64,000 nucleotides of DNA from Coleofasciculus chthonoplastes F2-STO-03 (lineage in GTDB: Bacteria; Cyanobacteriota; Cyanobacteriia; Cyanobacteriales; Coleofasciculaceae): assembly GCA_040222015.1 (NCBI GenBank), contig JAVJWO010000018.1, positions 1-64,000 of the forward strand, in the 5' to 3' direction. Position numbers and translations under genes: made by a program. The notes under the pieces were generated by a model. It searched no databases, was not told where the DNA came from, and worked only from the letters and a program-made list of their open reading frames with translations. Of the stretch, positions 9,181 through 19,492 are shown one piece after another (the first letter of the stretch is position 1; each line of letters opens with the position of its first letter).

Positions 9181-11316
9181 ATGATGGGGCGCATCTTACC
9201 AGAAGGCGAACAATTGAATTTATCAGGTGAGGACATTTCTGAGTCTGACTTCAATATTCAGCAGGCTCAAGAGGTTATTTATCAATTTTTGCTCAAAATT
9301 GTTCATCACAATCCCCCAGAAACTGTATTACAAGAGTTTCGCCAATTATTTATATTTGGTAAAGAGCCGATTGAGCCTCATGTAAAAACGGCACTTGATA
9401 CAATTATTGCCAGCAAAAATGACAAAGAATTCAGAAATACTTTAAAACGATCTTGTTATATTTTAATTAATAACTGGTCTTCAAAACGCCGTTATGATTT
9501 TATTCAAAACCTGATTCAGTTAGTTGGTGATCCTCCGCTCAAGCCAACAACTCTATCCCCTCCACTGAGTCGGCTAAAAGGGTATGTTGCTAATTTTGTT
9601 GATAGCCACGATTATCAAGAACTTAAATTATTTTCGGCTCCCTATACGGCTGAATATGAAGCTGAAAAACAGCACTGGAGTCATCGGTATACATCTTATT
9701 TATTAGTTCCCCAATATCTGGACTCTCGCAATCCAATTGAACAGCGAGAAACTGCAAAAAATTTGTCTAGACGGCTGAGGAAAAAATTTAAGTTCGATCT
9801 AGCCATGTATACGGCTCGATATGATTCTTCTAATTTCAACTCCGAGAAAAAAATTATTAATCCAACTCGTCTAGGTTCTCATGTCATCCAACTGATTAAA
9901 AAAATAAGCTCTCGGCAACTGTTAGTTAATTGTCGTAGTTATGCGGAGCAGTTAAGTAAAAATATTAACCAGAAAAAGTATTGTGACTTTAAGCAAGATT
10001 TTAAAAAATATTTATTGTTTTTAATAAATGTACCCCTTTATTCAGGAATCATAAATGATTATTTATTTTCTAGATTAGATACTCTTTATGAAAATCATCA
10101 TGAAAGTCCGATTAGTGGTGACTTGCTGCTACGAACATGTCGGCGAATGATTGAAGTACTAACAACTGAAAATGGTCGAGAACCTTCAACTCTATTTATT
10201 TTGTTAACCAATCGTGGCAACCCTTTGACGATAGTCGTGATTCTCCTCAAAATTATTTTACTTTGTAAATATGCTCAAACGCATTTGGATGTTTGTATTG
10301 CCCAATTAATTCAATATTACGAGAATTCTACAGAAAAAGAATGTCAGTGGTTGATTAATTTCTTGGAAGTTTTCAAGATTGTTTTTGCCATTTGTACCGA
10401 AGACACTCAATATAACCTGGTTAAGCTCAGTGATAATGACGGTGAGCCAGATGCTTGTGTTATGGATCTTGAAGAGTATCGCGTCTTTTCCCAGTTGAAA
10501 GGAACGGATCTGCGGAGCGCTGATTTAAGAGGAACAGATATCCGTTATATGGATCTCAGAGCCGCAGATTTACGGGAGGCTGATTTGGCGGGGGCTGATT
10601 TGAGCAAAGCCGACTTGAGTCTTGCCAAACTCAGTCAGACAAACTTAAGCGGTGCCATGCTTGATCGCACTGAGTTAAGCGGTGCGATGCTTCAAGATGC
10701 TAATTTGAGCGGTGCGAGTCTCAGTGAAGCCAATCTACGTTGTGCTGACCTGCGACAAGCTAATCTATGCTGTGCAATTTTAAAGAGCGCTAAACTGCGC
10801 CGTGCTAATCTCCAGCAAGCCGATCTGAGTGGTGCTGACTTAAGTAATGCTAGCTTGAATTCTGCGAATCTAGTGAATGCCAACCTGCGCTATGCTGATC
10901 TGAGCAATGCCGATCTCAGTGAAGCCAATCTTAAGGATGTAGATCTCAGGGATGCTAATCTTAGATGCGCTCAACTCAATTGGACTCAGCTAAACCACGC
11001 CAATTTAAGTAGTGCTAACTTGGATCGGGCTGACCTCAGTTATGCCAGTTTGTGTCATGCTAATCTTCAGAAAACGGACTTAACTCGCACAGATTTGAGC
11101 AATAGTAACCTCAGTAGAAGCGATATGAGCAAAGCTTTGCTACGTCACGTTAATTTGACGGGGGCAAATCTCAATCATGCTAATCTTATTGGTGCCAACC
11201 TGTTTAATGCAAATCTCACGGATGTGAAGGTTAAGGGAACTCGATTTGGAAATAATTCTGGACTCTCTGAGCCAATGAAGCGAGAACTCAAACAACAGGG
11301 TGCAATTATTGGGTAA
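9181..11316 (+). CDS. Uncharacterised ~430-aa N-terminal domain fused to C-terminal pentapeptide repeats
   Basis: A(D/N)Lxx repeats from about residue 440 to the end; the N-terminal region is homologous to the next gene. Confidence 0.9.
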   Translation: MMGRILPEGEQLNLSGEDISESDFNIQQAQEVIYQFLLKIVHHNPPETVLQEFRQLFIFGKEPIEPHVKTALDTIIASKNDKEFRNTLKRSCYILINNWSSKRRYDFIQNLIQLVGDPPLKPTTLSPPLSRLKGYVANFVDSHDYQELKLFSAPYTAEYEAEKQHWSHRYTSYLLVPQYLDSRNPIEQRETAKNLSRRLRKKFKFDLAMYTARYDSSNFNSEKKIINPTRLGSHVIQLIKKISSRQLLVNCRSYAEQLSKNINQKKYCDFKQDFKKYLLFLINVPLYSGIINDYLFSRLDTLYENHHESPISGDLLLRTCRRMIEVLTTENGREPSTLFILLTNRGNPLTIVVILLKIILLCKYAQTHLDVCIAQLIQYYENSTEKECQWLINFLEVFKIVFAICTEDTQYNLVKLSDNDGEPDACVMDLEEYRVFSQLKGTDLRSADLRGTDIRYMDLRAADLREADLAGADLSKADLSLAKLSQTNLSGAMLDRTELSGAMLQDANLSGASLSEANLRCADLRQANLCCAILKSAKLRRANLQQADLSGADLSNASLNSANLVNANLRYADLSNADLSEANLKDVDLRDANLRCAQLNWTQLNHANLSSANLDRADLSYASLCHANLQKTDLTRTDLSNSNLSRSDMSKALLRHVNLTGANLNHANLIGANLFNANLTDVKVKGTRFGNNSGLSEPMKRELKQQGAIIG

Positions 11317-11616
11317 AGAGTCCTCAGTTATCAGTTATCAGTTATCAGAGATTAGACAGTGATGCTTCTCGCCGATAAAGCTAAACCCGCCTCCATCTCC
11401 CAGATACGCCATAGCACGTCTGGACTATTGCTCCCCCATCTCTTTTATCTCCCTGGCATCCCCGCTCCCCAAGATGCTACGGATTTTGGTTAGAATAAAT
11501 GTTTCCGATAAAGGATATTTTGGGAAAAGGTTAAACTAGAGGCAGAGACTGTCGCCGCTATGGAGCAGTAGAGACAGATAACCACCAGGATTAGCCAACT
11601 CAGATTTTGCCTATTT

Positions 11617-13923
11617 ATGGAGGGGAGCATCATACCAGACAATCAGCAAATCGATTCTTCGGCTGATGGAGAATCAAAGCAGCAACGGATTCAGCAAGCT
11701 CAGGAGGTTATTTTTCAATTCCTCATCGATCGAGTGGAAAATGACCCTCCAGAAGCTGTTTTGCAGGACTTTAAGCAGTTATTTTTTTCCAGTGAGTGTA
11801 CACAAAATCCAGACGTCGCTCGCTCAATGTATGAGCTGCTTGAGCAAAAGAATGAGCAAGAATTCAGAAATACTCTGAAGCGGTCTTGCTATATTTTAAT
11901 TAACAATTGGTTGGCAAGTCGGCGCTCAGACTCGATAGAGGAGTTGATTCAAACGCTGGCTAAGGCGAACCTACTTAAATCTACTGTATCTCAGACCCTG
12001 AATCGTTTGAGAACGTGGATTGCTAATTTTATTGAAAGCCAGGACTATCAAGAACTTAAAGTCTTTACCTCAAGCCGTACCGAACGTCGAGGGTGGAGTC
12101 ATCGCTATGCTTATTATTTATTATTACCGCAATATTTAGATTCTCAAAACCCAGTTGAGCAGCGGGAATTAGCTAAGAAAACGGCAAAACGGTTAAAAGA
12201 AAAGTTTAAATTTGAGCTAGCAATGTACACCGTGCATTGTAATTCGCCAACCTTTAAAAAGGAACCGCCCCCGAATCCCACTCGACTGGGCAATGGAATC
12301 ATTCGTCTGCTCAAACAACTGATATCGCGTAAGTTTCTGCACAGTTATTCCCATACTGCTGATGTGTTTGTTCAGCAAAGTAAAACGCTGACTTATCGAG
12401 ACTTTAAGCAGAAATTACTCGACTATTTACTCTTTTCAACGAGTCCTCACCAGTCGATTGATTTTTTCAAAAAGACCCTGACCGAAAAACTAGAGATGCT
12501 CTATGAGTCATACAATGAGGAAACGACGACCATGGAGTTATTACTGCGGACGTGTCGGCGCACCTTGGAATTTTTAACCACAGAAAATGGGCAGGAACCC
12601 TCCCCGCTCTTTATCACTCTCACCAGCCAAGGCAGTCCTCTGACAATTGTAATTCTCCTGCTAAAAATTATTTTATTGTGTAATTATGTTCGCACTCATT
12701 TAGATAATTGTATTGCCAATCTAATTCGCTATTACGAAAAATATTCGGAAACAGAATGTCGGTTGTTTATTAATTTTTTGGACATTTTTAATGTTGTCTT
12801 TGCCATTTATACCGAGAATGTGCAGTTTGATATCGTCAAAATTAAGAAGGGCGAATCAGCGGTTTCTGAGTTGGAGGCATACCGCATTTTTTGCCAATTG
12901 AAAGGCGCTGATCTACGCGGGAGCGATCTCAAGGGGGCTGACATTCGCAATAGTGATTTGAGTGCTGCCGATTTGCGGGAAGCAAATCTCAGCAGTGCTG
13001 ATCTGAGTGAGGCGAATTTGAGTCTGGCTAAATTGGGGGGCGCTAATTTAAGTAGTGCCATACTCATGGGGGCTGATTTAACGGTTACTGACTTGAATTC
13101 TGCCAATCTCAATGGCGCTAACCTAAATAACGCCAATCTGAGTCGTTCAAACTTGCAAAACATTAATCTGCGTCGCGCCAGTTTGATTGGGGCGAAACTG
13201 CGACATACCAACCTTCAACAGGCGGATCTCAGCCATGGGAATTTGAATCAGGCAATTCTCACGGGTGCCAATCTCAAGAATGCCAATTTACGACAAACTA
13301 GCCTCCAGTACGGGGATTTAAGTGAGGTTGACTTGAGTGAGGCGAACCTGAGTCAGGCTAACTTAACAGGTGCAGACTTACAGCGCAGCAAATTGGATCA
13401 AGCGACTTTAGAGGGGGCAATTTTAGAACAGGCAAATCTGAGCGGAGCCAGTCTATTCAGAGCCGATTTGAGCCAAGCGAATCTGAGCAATGCTCAACTG
13501 AATCAGGCGATGTTAAGGGGAGCTAATTTAAAGGAGGTGCGATTGCGTCGTGCTATCCTCAGTCATGCCAATTTAGAAGGGGCAAATCTAAGTCGCGCTG
13601 ATTTGAGTCGTGCTGATTTAAGTCATTTAAATCTCAGGGGAGCTGATTTGAGTCATACGTTTCTGCGTCATGTCAACTTGACGAATGCGGATTTGAGACA
13701 AGCCAATCTCACAGGCGCGAATCTTTTCAATGCTAATCTGAGTGGTGTGAAGGTTGAGGGAGCTATATTTAAGCAAAATGCGGGATTATCTGCGGCTCAG
13801 GGGCGAGAATTAGAACAGCGAGGGGCTACGGTTGAGTTGAGTAAGCTAGAATCTCGCGATCGCAATGTCTGGCGAAATCCCGTTCCTCCACATCCCCTAT
13901 TGCCGAACCAATCTGAAAATTAG
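11617..13923 (+). CDS. Tandem paralogue: uncharacterised N-terminal domain plus a longer pentapeptide-repeat tract
   Basis: Shared motifs QQAQEVI.QFL, EFRNTLKRSCYILINNW, WSHRY, LLLRTCRR, TTENG.EPS; pentapeptide C-terminus. Confidence 0.9.
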   Translation: MEGSIIPDNQQIDSSADGESKQQRIQQAQEVIFQFLIDRVENDPPEAVLQDFKQLFFSSECTQNPDVARSMYELLEQKNEQEFRNTLKRSCYILINNWLASRRSDSIEELIQTLAKANLLKSTVSQTLNRLRTWIANFIESQDYQELKVFTSSRTERRGWSHRYAYYLLLPQYLDSQNPVEQRELAKKTAKRLKEKFKFELAMYTVHCNSPTFKKEPPPNPTRLGNGIIRLLKQLISRKFLHSYSHTADVFVQQSKTLTYRDFKQKLLDYLLFSTSPHQSIDFFKKTLTEKLEMLYESYNEETTTMELLLRTCRRTLEFLTTENGQEPSPLFITLTSQGSPLTIVILLLKIILLCNYVRTHLDNCIANLIRYYEKYSETECRLFINFLDIFNVVFAIYTENVQFDIVKIKKGESAVSELEAYRIFCQLKGADLRGSDLKGADIRNSDLSAADLREANLSSADLSEANLSLAKLGGANLSSAILMGADLTVTDLNSANLNGANLNNANLSRSNLQNINLRRASLIGAKLRHTNLQQADLSHGNLNQAILTGANLKNANLRQTSLQYGDLSEVDLSEANLSQANLTGADLQRSKLDQATLEGAILEQANLSGASLFRADLSQANLSNAQLNQAMLRGANLKEVRLRRAILSHANLEGANLSRADLSRADLSHLNLRGADLSHTFLRHVNLTNADLRQANLTGANLFNANLSGVKVEGAIFKQNAGLSAAQGRELEQRGATVELSKLESRDRNVWRNPVPPHPLLPNQSEN

Positions 13924-13993
13924 TCATTTGTCATTTGTCATTTGTCATTTGTCCTTTGTCATTTGTCATTTGTCATTCGTCATTTGTCCTTTG
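13924..13993. repeat. STRR heptamer tract (TCATTTG)n
   Basis: About 10 copies directly after the stop codon. Confidence 0.9.
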
Positions 13994-14322
13994 TTAGGGA
14001 GCTGCGTAAAAATAAAGTACCAGTATTTGTAGGGTGGGTTAGGCGGGAACTAAATGATGGCACATAGCCGTTCAATGAACTATCCGCCGTAACCCACCAC
14101 ATTGAGTGGAGGACAACCCGACTAAATTGAGTGAATTTTCTCATTAATCAGGAGATTAAATAAAGGAATTGTGAACCCGTTTAAGTCAGAACCCTTCTGG
14201 AATCAGCTTAAAGCCACGCAACGCGATCGCGTTTATATTTTCGACTAATGTAGCGAGCAAGATGCTCGCACTACGGCAAGGATTTCGTCATTATTGACAT
14301 TAAGGTTTAAATACCAAACAGA

Positions 14323-15684
14323 TTAACCAGGATTGAGGACTTCATTGCTAGAGGTTTTATTAGCTCGTTCGGGATTGGGTTGTAAGGGTTCAGGTAATGA
14401 TTGAACGGCTCCCCACTGGCTAGTAAAACTTTGCAGCAGTGCTTCTTGTTGGGCGCGAAAGCCTTCTAGGTTGTAACCCCTATTCATCGTCGAAAACCAG
14501 ATAATTCCCTGCTGCTGCGTGGGTAAAGCTCCGCCTAAAGCGCTGACATTATTTAAACTTCCGGATTTAACAATGGCGAATGGGGGAAGCGGACGTTCAT
14601 TTAAAATCCCTTCATCTTGTCCAACAACCGCCAATATATCACCAAGGGTCATGTTATAGGGCTGAAGATATCGGGCAATGGCGAGAAATAAACCAGAAGC
14701 CGCACGGGGAGAAATCTTGTTTTGATCGCTTAATCCAGAACCATTAACTAACGTAATTTCCGCTTGAGGAACGCCTGTGGCGGCGGCGGCTTGTTGGGCG
14801 ACAACATTTGCTCCCCCGACGGAGTTGGCGAGCATTTCTGCCATTTTATTATTGCTATATTGATTCATTTTTTTGATCAGTTCAGCCAGGGGAAAGGAAT
14901 AGTGGCGAATCAGGGGTTGGACGTTGCTAGGAGGGGTGGGGGAGACTTGTACCGAACCCGCGATCGCAACTTGAGGTTTGGGGGTGTCTGGGGGTAGGGT
15001 TTGATACTGGGTTTGGGCTTCAGGAGTCCAGAGTTGATGATTTAACCCTTGTCTGAGGAGTGTCCCGGATTTGAGGGGATCAAACTCAAAGTTCATGTAA
15101 AATTTGCCTGTGATGATTAAATTCCCAGCTACCTGCTGAATACCCATCTGATTGAGGAGATTACCGATCGCGATCGCTTCTTCCCACACAAAGAATGGAT
15201 CTTCTCCCCCTTCAATCACTAAGTCTCCCTGGAGAACGCCGTTTTCTACTACACCCGTTGCGCCGATGAGGGTGATGAACTGGTGATCGGGACCAAAGGT
15301 TTGCAAAGCGGCGAGGGAGGTGGCGATTTTGGTGATAGAAGCCGCAGGTAAGGGAACGGTACCTTGATAATTCGCTAGCAGAGTATTTCCCGCTTGAATC
15401 CAGATCCCATGATTTTCCTTGGCAAATCCTTTGGCGGCTAAACCATTCATGTACTGCTCGATTTGCGCCTGGATCGCCGGATCGGGATTATCTGGAGAAG
15501 CGAGTGAGGGAATGGTTGGTTTTTGCGTCAATTCCGCTGCTGCTGGACTTTCAGCCACTGAGACACTATCGATCTCGTTTTCGTTGGCAGAAGGTTGGGA
15601 GGGATTAGATTGAGGGGAACATCCAACGGTAAAGGTTAGGAGAGTTAGGGATAGTACAGTTGTCCAAGAAAGGGGTTTGATCAT
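14323..15684 (-). CDS. dacB: D-alanyl-D-alanine carboxypeptidase/endopeptidase (peptidase S13, PBP4-like), lipoprotein
   Basis: SxxK (ASITK), SNN, KSG motifs; GGEDP; NGSGLS; lipobox-like TVGC. Confidence 0.85.
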   Translation of the reverse strand: MIKPLSWTTVLSLTLLTFTVGCSPQSNPSQPSANENEIDSVSVAESPAAAELTQKPTIPSLASPDNPDPAIQAQIEQYMNGLAAKGFAKENHGIWIQAGNTLLANYQGTVPLPAASITKIATSLAALQTFGPDHQFITLIGATGVVENGVLQGDLVIEGGEDPFFVWEEAIAIGNLLNQMGIQQVAGNLIITGKFYMNFEFDPLKSGTLLRQGLNHQLWTPEAQTQYQTLPPDTPKPQVAIAGSVQVSPTPPSNVQPLIRHYSFPLAELIKKMNQYSNNKMAEMLANSVGGANVVAQQAAAATGVPQAEITLVNGSGLSDQNKISPRAASGLFLAIARYLQPYNMTLGDILAVVGQDEGILNERPLPPFAIVKSGSLNNVSALGGALPTQQQGIIWFSTMNRGYNLEGFRAQQEALLQSFTSQWGAVQSLPEPLQPNPERANKTSSNEVLNPG

Positions 15685-15805
15685 TTTATATAAAAATTAG
15701 GAGTTCTTAATTATAGCTTCCTAATTTAACCTCTACTACACTCCCGTACAAGATTTATCCCTGCAACTATCAGAACTCATCTAGCTGACTGTTGGCGAAC
15801 AACGA

Positions 15806-15856
15806 ATGACTAATGACTAATGACTAATGACTAATGACTAATGACTAATGACTAAT
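15806..15856. repeat. STRR heptamer tract (AATGACT)n
   Basis: About 7 tandem copies. Confidence 0.9.
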
Positions 15857-16743
15857 CAAGCAATTTGACTTCCCCACACTTGGTTTTCTCGCTCAATTTC
15901 CCCTAAAAAGTTACAAAATGTTTTTTCGTGGTTTTGCTCCCAGCGCTGAATGATATGGAGAATCTCTCGTAATAAATAGCCGGAACCACAGGCAACATAA
16001 TCGACAACATATTCAGATTCTAGACTGAGAGACGCCAGAGAATTGCCATGAAAATCAACCAGATAACCACCGGCTGCTTTTAAAATTGGATAGGCGAGCA
16101 AATTATAATTTTCCGAAGCATGACGACATTCGACCATAAAATCAGCAGCGCCTCGGGCGATTTCACAAAATTCCATGGCTGAGTTATCGATCGAGCGAAT
16201 ATCCCGACAGCATAACCACAAGGGGAAACTGCCGCTCAAAGCTTCTTTTGCCCGATTATAGCCGGGACGTAAGTATGCGATCGCGTCTTCTAGGGAGACT
16301 TGAGAGTGACAGTAAATCTGAGTGTAGTCTTGACTGTGATCGCTTCTGAAATAGGCAGCGCTCAGGGTTCCATAATAGCAGTTTCCTGTGCGTAATCCTT
16401 GTACGTAAGCAAATTCTAAATCTCCTAAAGTCACATCCAATGTTTTTGACGTGATGGCAATCACTAAAGACGGGTCACCCACTTGACGTAACCAGTTAGA
16501 TATCCCGTCGATTGGATCGACAAATATAGAATAGCTAGCGTAAGGATTTAGCTTCGGGTGTTCTCCTTTGAGATAAAGGTTGATGGGATAGTCGGCTAAA
16601 CAAGAACGGACAATTTCACCGGCTTGGCAATCAATTTCATGTTTCGCTTTTCCATTGATGATTGACTGATGTTGGTAAGGGAGATTGTCTAAAAAAGTTG
16701 CTAGATTTGCGGCAATTGATGAACAGATGGGTAAGTAATCCAT
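15856..16743 (-). CDS. Inositol monophosphatase/FBPase (FIG superfamily) protein, divergent
   Basis: FVDPIDG.SN motif, IARGAAD, ILKAAGG.LVDF.G. Confidence 0.8.
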   Translation of the reverse strand: MDYLPICSSIAANLATFLDNLPYQHQSIINGKAKHEIDCQAGEIVRSCLADYPINLYLKGEHPKLNPYASYSIFVDPIDGISNWLRQVGDPSLVIAITSKTLDVTLGDLEFAYVQGLRTGNCYYGTLSAAYFRSDHSQDYTQIYCHSQVSLEDAIAYLRPGYNRAKEALSGSFPLWLCCRDIRSIDNSAMEFCEIARGAADFMVECRHASENYNLLAYPILKAAGGYLVDFHGNSLASLSLESEYVVDYVACGSGYLLREILHIIQRWEQNHEKTFCNFLGEIERENQVWGSQIA

Positions 16744-16851
16744 AATTCAAGAACTCCTCTGCGGAGATCTATACCATTAATGTTTCCCGGCAATACGCCA
16801 TGAACGGTACATATTACCTGGACTGATGGGCATAAAATCAGTAAATATGTA

Positions 16852-17046
16852 CTACAGGTGACTGACTAATTTAGTCTTAATGGAGACAGTCGGCAGATTA
16901 AATAGCCGCTCTAGTTCTTGGACAGGTTGACGACGAGTGGTATCAACGGTGGGCATTTCCTGCCAGCAGTGTGAACAGAACCAGTAGAGGCGATGGTGGC
17001 TAATGTGCCGAAGTAAGGAATGGGAGCAGCAGGGACAAGTATTCAT
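16852..17046 (-). CDS. Small Zn-ribbon-like cyanobacterial protein
   Basis: CPCCS...LLRH...YWFCSHCWQEMP with two CxxC pairs. Confidence 0.75.
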   Translation of the reverse strand: MNTCPCCSHSLLRHISHHRLYWFCSHCWQEMPTVDTTRRQPVQELERLFNLPTVSIKTKLVSHL

Positions 17047-17210
17047 GAATCTTGCAGATTTTTTCTTTTGATGTTTTTTTATGTATAAATATTATTTTTA
17101 CGTAAAAATGTTTACTAAATCTTGATCGATATCTCTGAGAGCTTGTGATAATCAAGATAAATAAATGTGATTCAGTTTACATAAATTGAGTGATCACTAT
17201 CATATTAAAG

Positions 17211-17474
17211 TAATACCAAACGGCAATCGAGTGTCATCAGCAGTCTCTGAGATTTGATAAAGTCGTTGATTTGCCTTTCTTAGGTGAACCGAATGATATA
17301 GCAGTAACGGTGCAAAGCATTAAATCTCTTCCAAAGGGATGGAATGTTTCTCCCTTTATCCAAGAAGTTGCTTGTGATCAATTAACGTATTTCAATCATC
17401 CAGAAGGTTTAAAAGCTTTGCTGACGGCTTTGACGCAAGAGTCTAAATCTACATCAAGGGTAAGCCAGAGGTAG
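17211..17474 (+). pseudogene. Gene relic: TPR-like fragment (YQTAIECHQQSL) in frame with an unknown C-terminal piece
   Basis: The frame upstream of the TTG ORF reads *YQTAIECHQQSLRFDKVVD; no ATG or RBS. Confidence 0.4.
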
Positions 17475-17980
17475 CAAAATGTAACCAAATGTAGTGGACT
17501 GACACAGCTAAAATTGTAGGATGGATTTTGGCGATTTTCTGAGCGCACAACCTGCGCCCCTACAATTCTAATCCACCAATTAAGGTGTGCCACGCCGCCA
17601 TCGTGCGTTAGCTAAGCGTAACGCACCGTTCCCGGACTCAGAATAACAGGTTAGGACGCAACTTGGTATTCAGTAGAGGGCGACCCGATCAAATTGAGTG
17701 GAATGGAGTTGTTAATTAGTGCAAGCGGGTCGCCCCTACACAGATATTACAGGTGTTTATTTTATCCTTAATGGGTGTGATATCCGTGGTCAAATCTTAA
17801 TTTATTTGCATTCTTATCAGAGGGGTATTACCATGCCTATCCGTTGACCAATCCCTTAAGCCAACTCGTCACGATTGAGCCAGGTTCTCGTTCCGGTTAT
17901 GGCTATGATTTTTTGACACTCCCCGCCCTATCAGATGTTTTATCATCGGAAAGCTCAAGTTTTTTTGATAACCACCAGTT

Positions 17981-18406
17981 ATGTCTACCTCAAACTCTAC
18001 CCCTCTCACCCTCTCAGACGCTCAAGCACTCCTCGCCCCCTTTAACTGCATTGAGACTCAGCCTGTGGTTTCAGATGCCGAAAAAGAGAAACTGCGGCAA
18101 GCCTTAGGGTTACTTGCCGAGCAGTCAGATTATCAAATCTTTGGGATTTGCGCGGATACAGCCGCTCAAGGCTTATCAGCGCTCAAAACCTATGCTCAAG
18201 CGTTAGGGTATCAACCGAATCTCGATCTCACTCCGATTGAGGGCGCTGTCTATATCAAATATAACGGCAATTCCGGATTGTGTTATATCGATTCCTATAC
18301 GGGTGAGCATCGCGGTGTTTTAGTATCTTGTCAATCTTCCTTTGAAGGGGGAATTAATGAAATGTATGGTCATCTTCCCCTCGATTTATTTGCGTCGTCG
18401 GATTAG
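17981..18406 (+). CDS. DUF1824-family protein
   Basis: FGICAD, GAVYIKYN, Y.GEHRGVLVSCQS, YGHLPLDLF. Confidence 0.8.
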   Translation: MSTSNSTPLTLSDAQALLAPFNCIETQPVVSDAEKEKLRQALGLLAEQSDYQIFGICADTAAQGLSALKTYAQALGYQPNLDLTPIEGAVYIKYNGNSGLCYIDSYTGEHRGVLVSCQSSFEGGINEMYGHLPLDLFASSD

Positions 18407-18461
18407 TTTTTTGTACCAACCCCCTAAGAGACGTTGCATGCAACGTCTCTACATTTGTTGA

Positions 18462-19436
18462 TCACCGAGGCAATCGATACTTAAAATCGCGTTTTCCTTG
18501 GTAGTTGGTTAAATCTGCCAGTTCTTCCAAACTCCGAACCCCAGGATACAACTGACCATTAATTTCCCAAGTTGGATACCCTTGTATTCCTACCTCTTGG
18601 CACACTTGAGGCTGCGGATTTTTTCCCGCCGGATTACACTCGATATAATCGATTTCGCTAAAGGCTTCCTTGCCAAATAACTCCTTTTGATCGTGGCAAT
18701 GGGGACAAGTATACGCACCATATTTTTTGGCACCAACGGCGGTAAGATGACGAGCGAGTTCTATTTCCGCTTCGCCAGATGTGGTGGTTATTTTCCAGCC
18801 GTAGGGGGCTGTGGGCGCTGTGGTTATCGGGGGAATCACGCCGCTGTCTACTCCGCCAGCCGTTGTCTGTTCACCACTCATGCCATAGACACCCAAGGTG
18901 CCAATCAGCGCTACCATACCGACAACAATACCTGTGAAAAACAGTTGTCCCACATCTTCCCACTCACGCCCAATAATCGTCAGCACAAATAAGGCGATTG
19001 AGCAGAAGGCGGATACCAGGCAATAGATACAAAATGCCCCAATGACAACGGACATGAGATAGACAAGGTAGCCGCTGAAGATAACCATGGCGGTTGCGCC
19101 AGCAAACATCAGCAGCCAACTCAAATCGTCTACTTGTCGGCGAAAGTCTTTGTTATCGGAGGATTTAACCAGTTGGGGGGCAAAGGCAAATACCGCGATC
19201 GCAGTATAGGCTAAAAAGCCAAACAAGCTTAGGGGTACACCCAAGAGGAAAGCATAACTACTACTTAAGACAGCTTGACAGTTGATTACACCGCCTGTGG
19301 GACATACGGCTTCTTTAAATACCCCAGTTTCCACCAAGGTAAGGTAAGCCGTATCTAAAGCACCAAGAATTGCGATCGCACCAATGATTGGGCGGGATTG
19401 GCGATGAATCCAGGGAGTAGAACGTCGGCGTCTCAT
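18462..19436 (-). CDS. Vitamin K epoxide reductase (VKOR)-thioredoxin fusion, disulfide bond formation
   Basis: C..VL.S.YA, CIYC in the TM region; Trx-like CPHC...GYPTW. Confidence 0.92.
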   Translation of the reverse strand: MRRRRSTPWIHRQSRPIIGAIAILGALDTAYLTLVETGVFKEAVCPTGGVINCQAVLSSSYAFLLGVPLSLFGFLAYTAIAVFAFAPQLVKSSDNKDFRRQVDDLSWLLMFAGATAMVIFSGYLVYLMSVVIGAFCIYCLVSAFCSIALFVLTIIGREWEDVGQLFFTGIVVGMVALIGTLGVYGMSGEQTTAGGVDSGVIPPITTAPTAPYGWKITTTSGEAEIELARHLTAVGAKKYGAYTCPHCHDQKELFGKEAFSEIDYIECNPAGKNPQPQVCQEVGIQGYPTWEINGQLYPGVRSLEELADLTNYQGKRDFKYRLPR

Positions 19437-19492
19437 ATTTATCAATCAGCGCTAGGAATTTCAGGAGCAATCGAAAACGTTACGATTCACTC

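Noticed and set aside
10692..13211. Antisense ORFs within the pentapeptide genes (10692..10883, 12807..13211)
   Set aside because: Shadow frames caused by repeat periodicity
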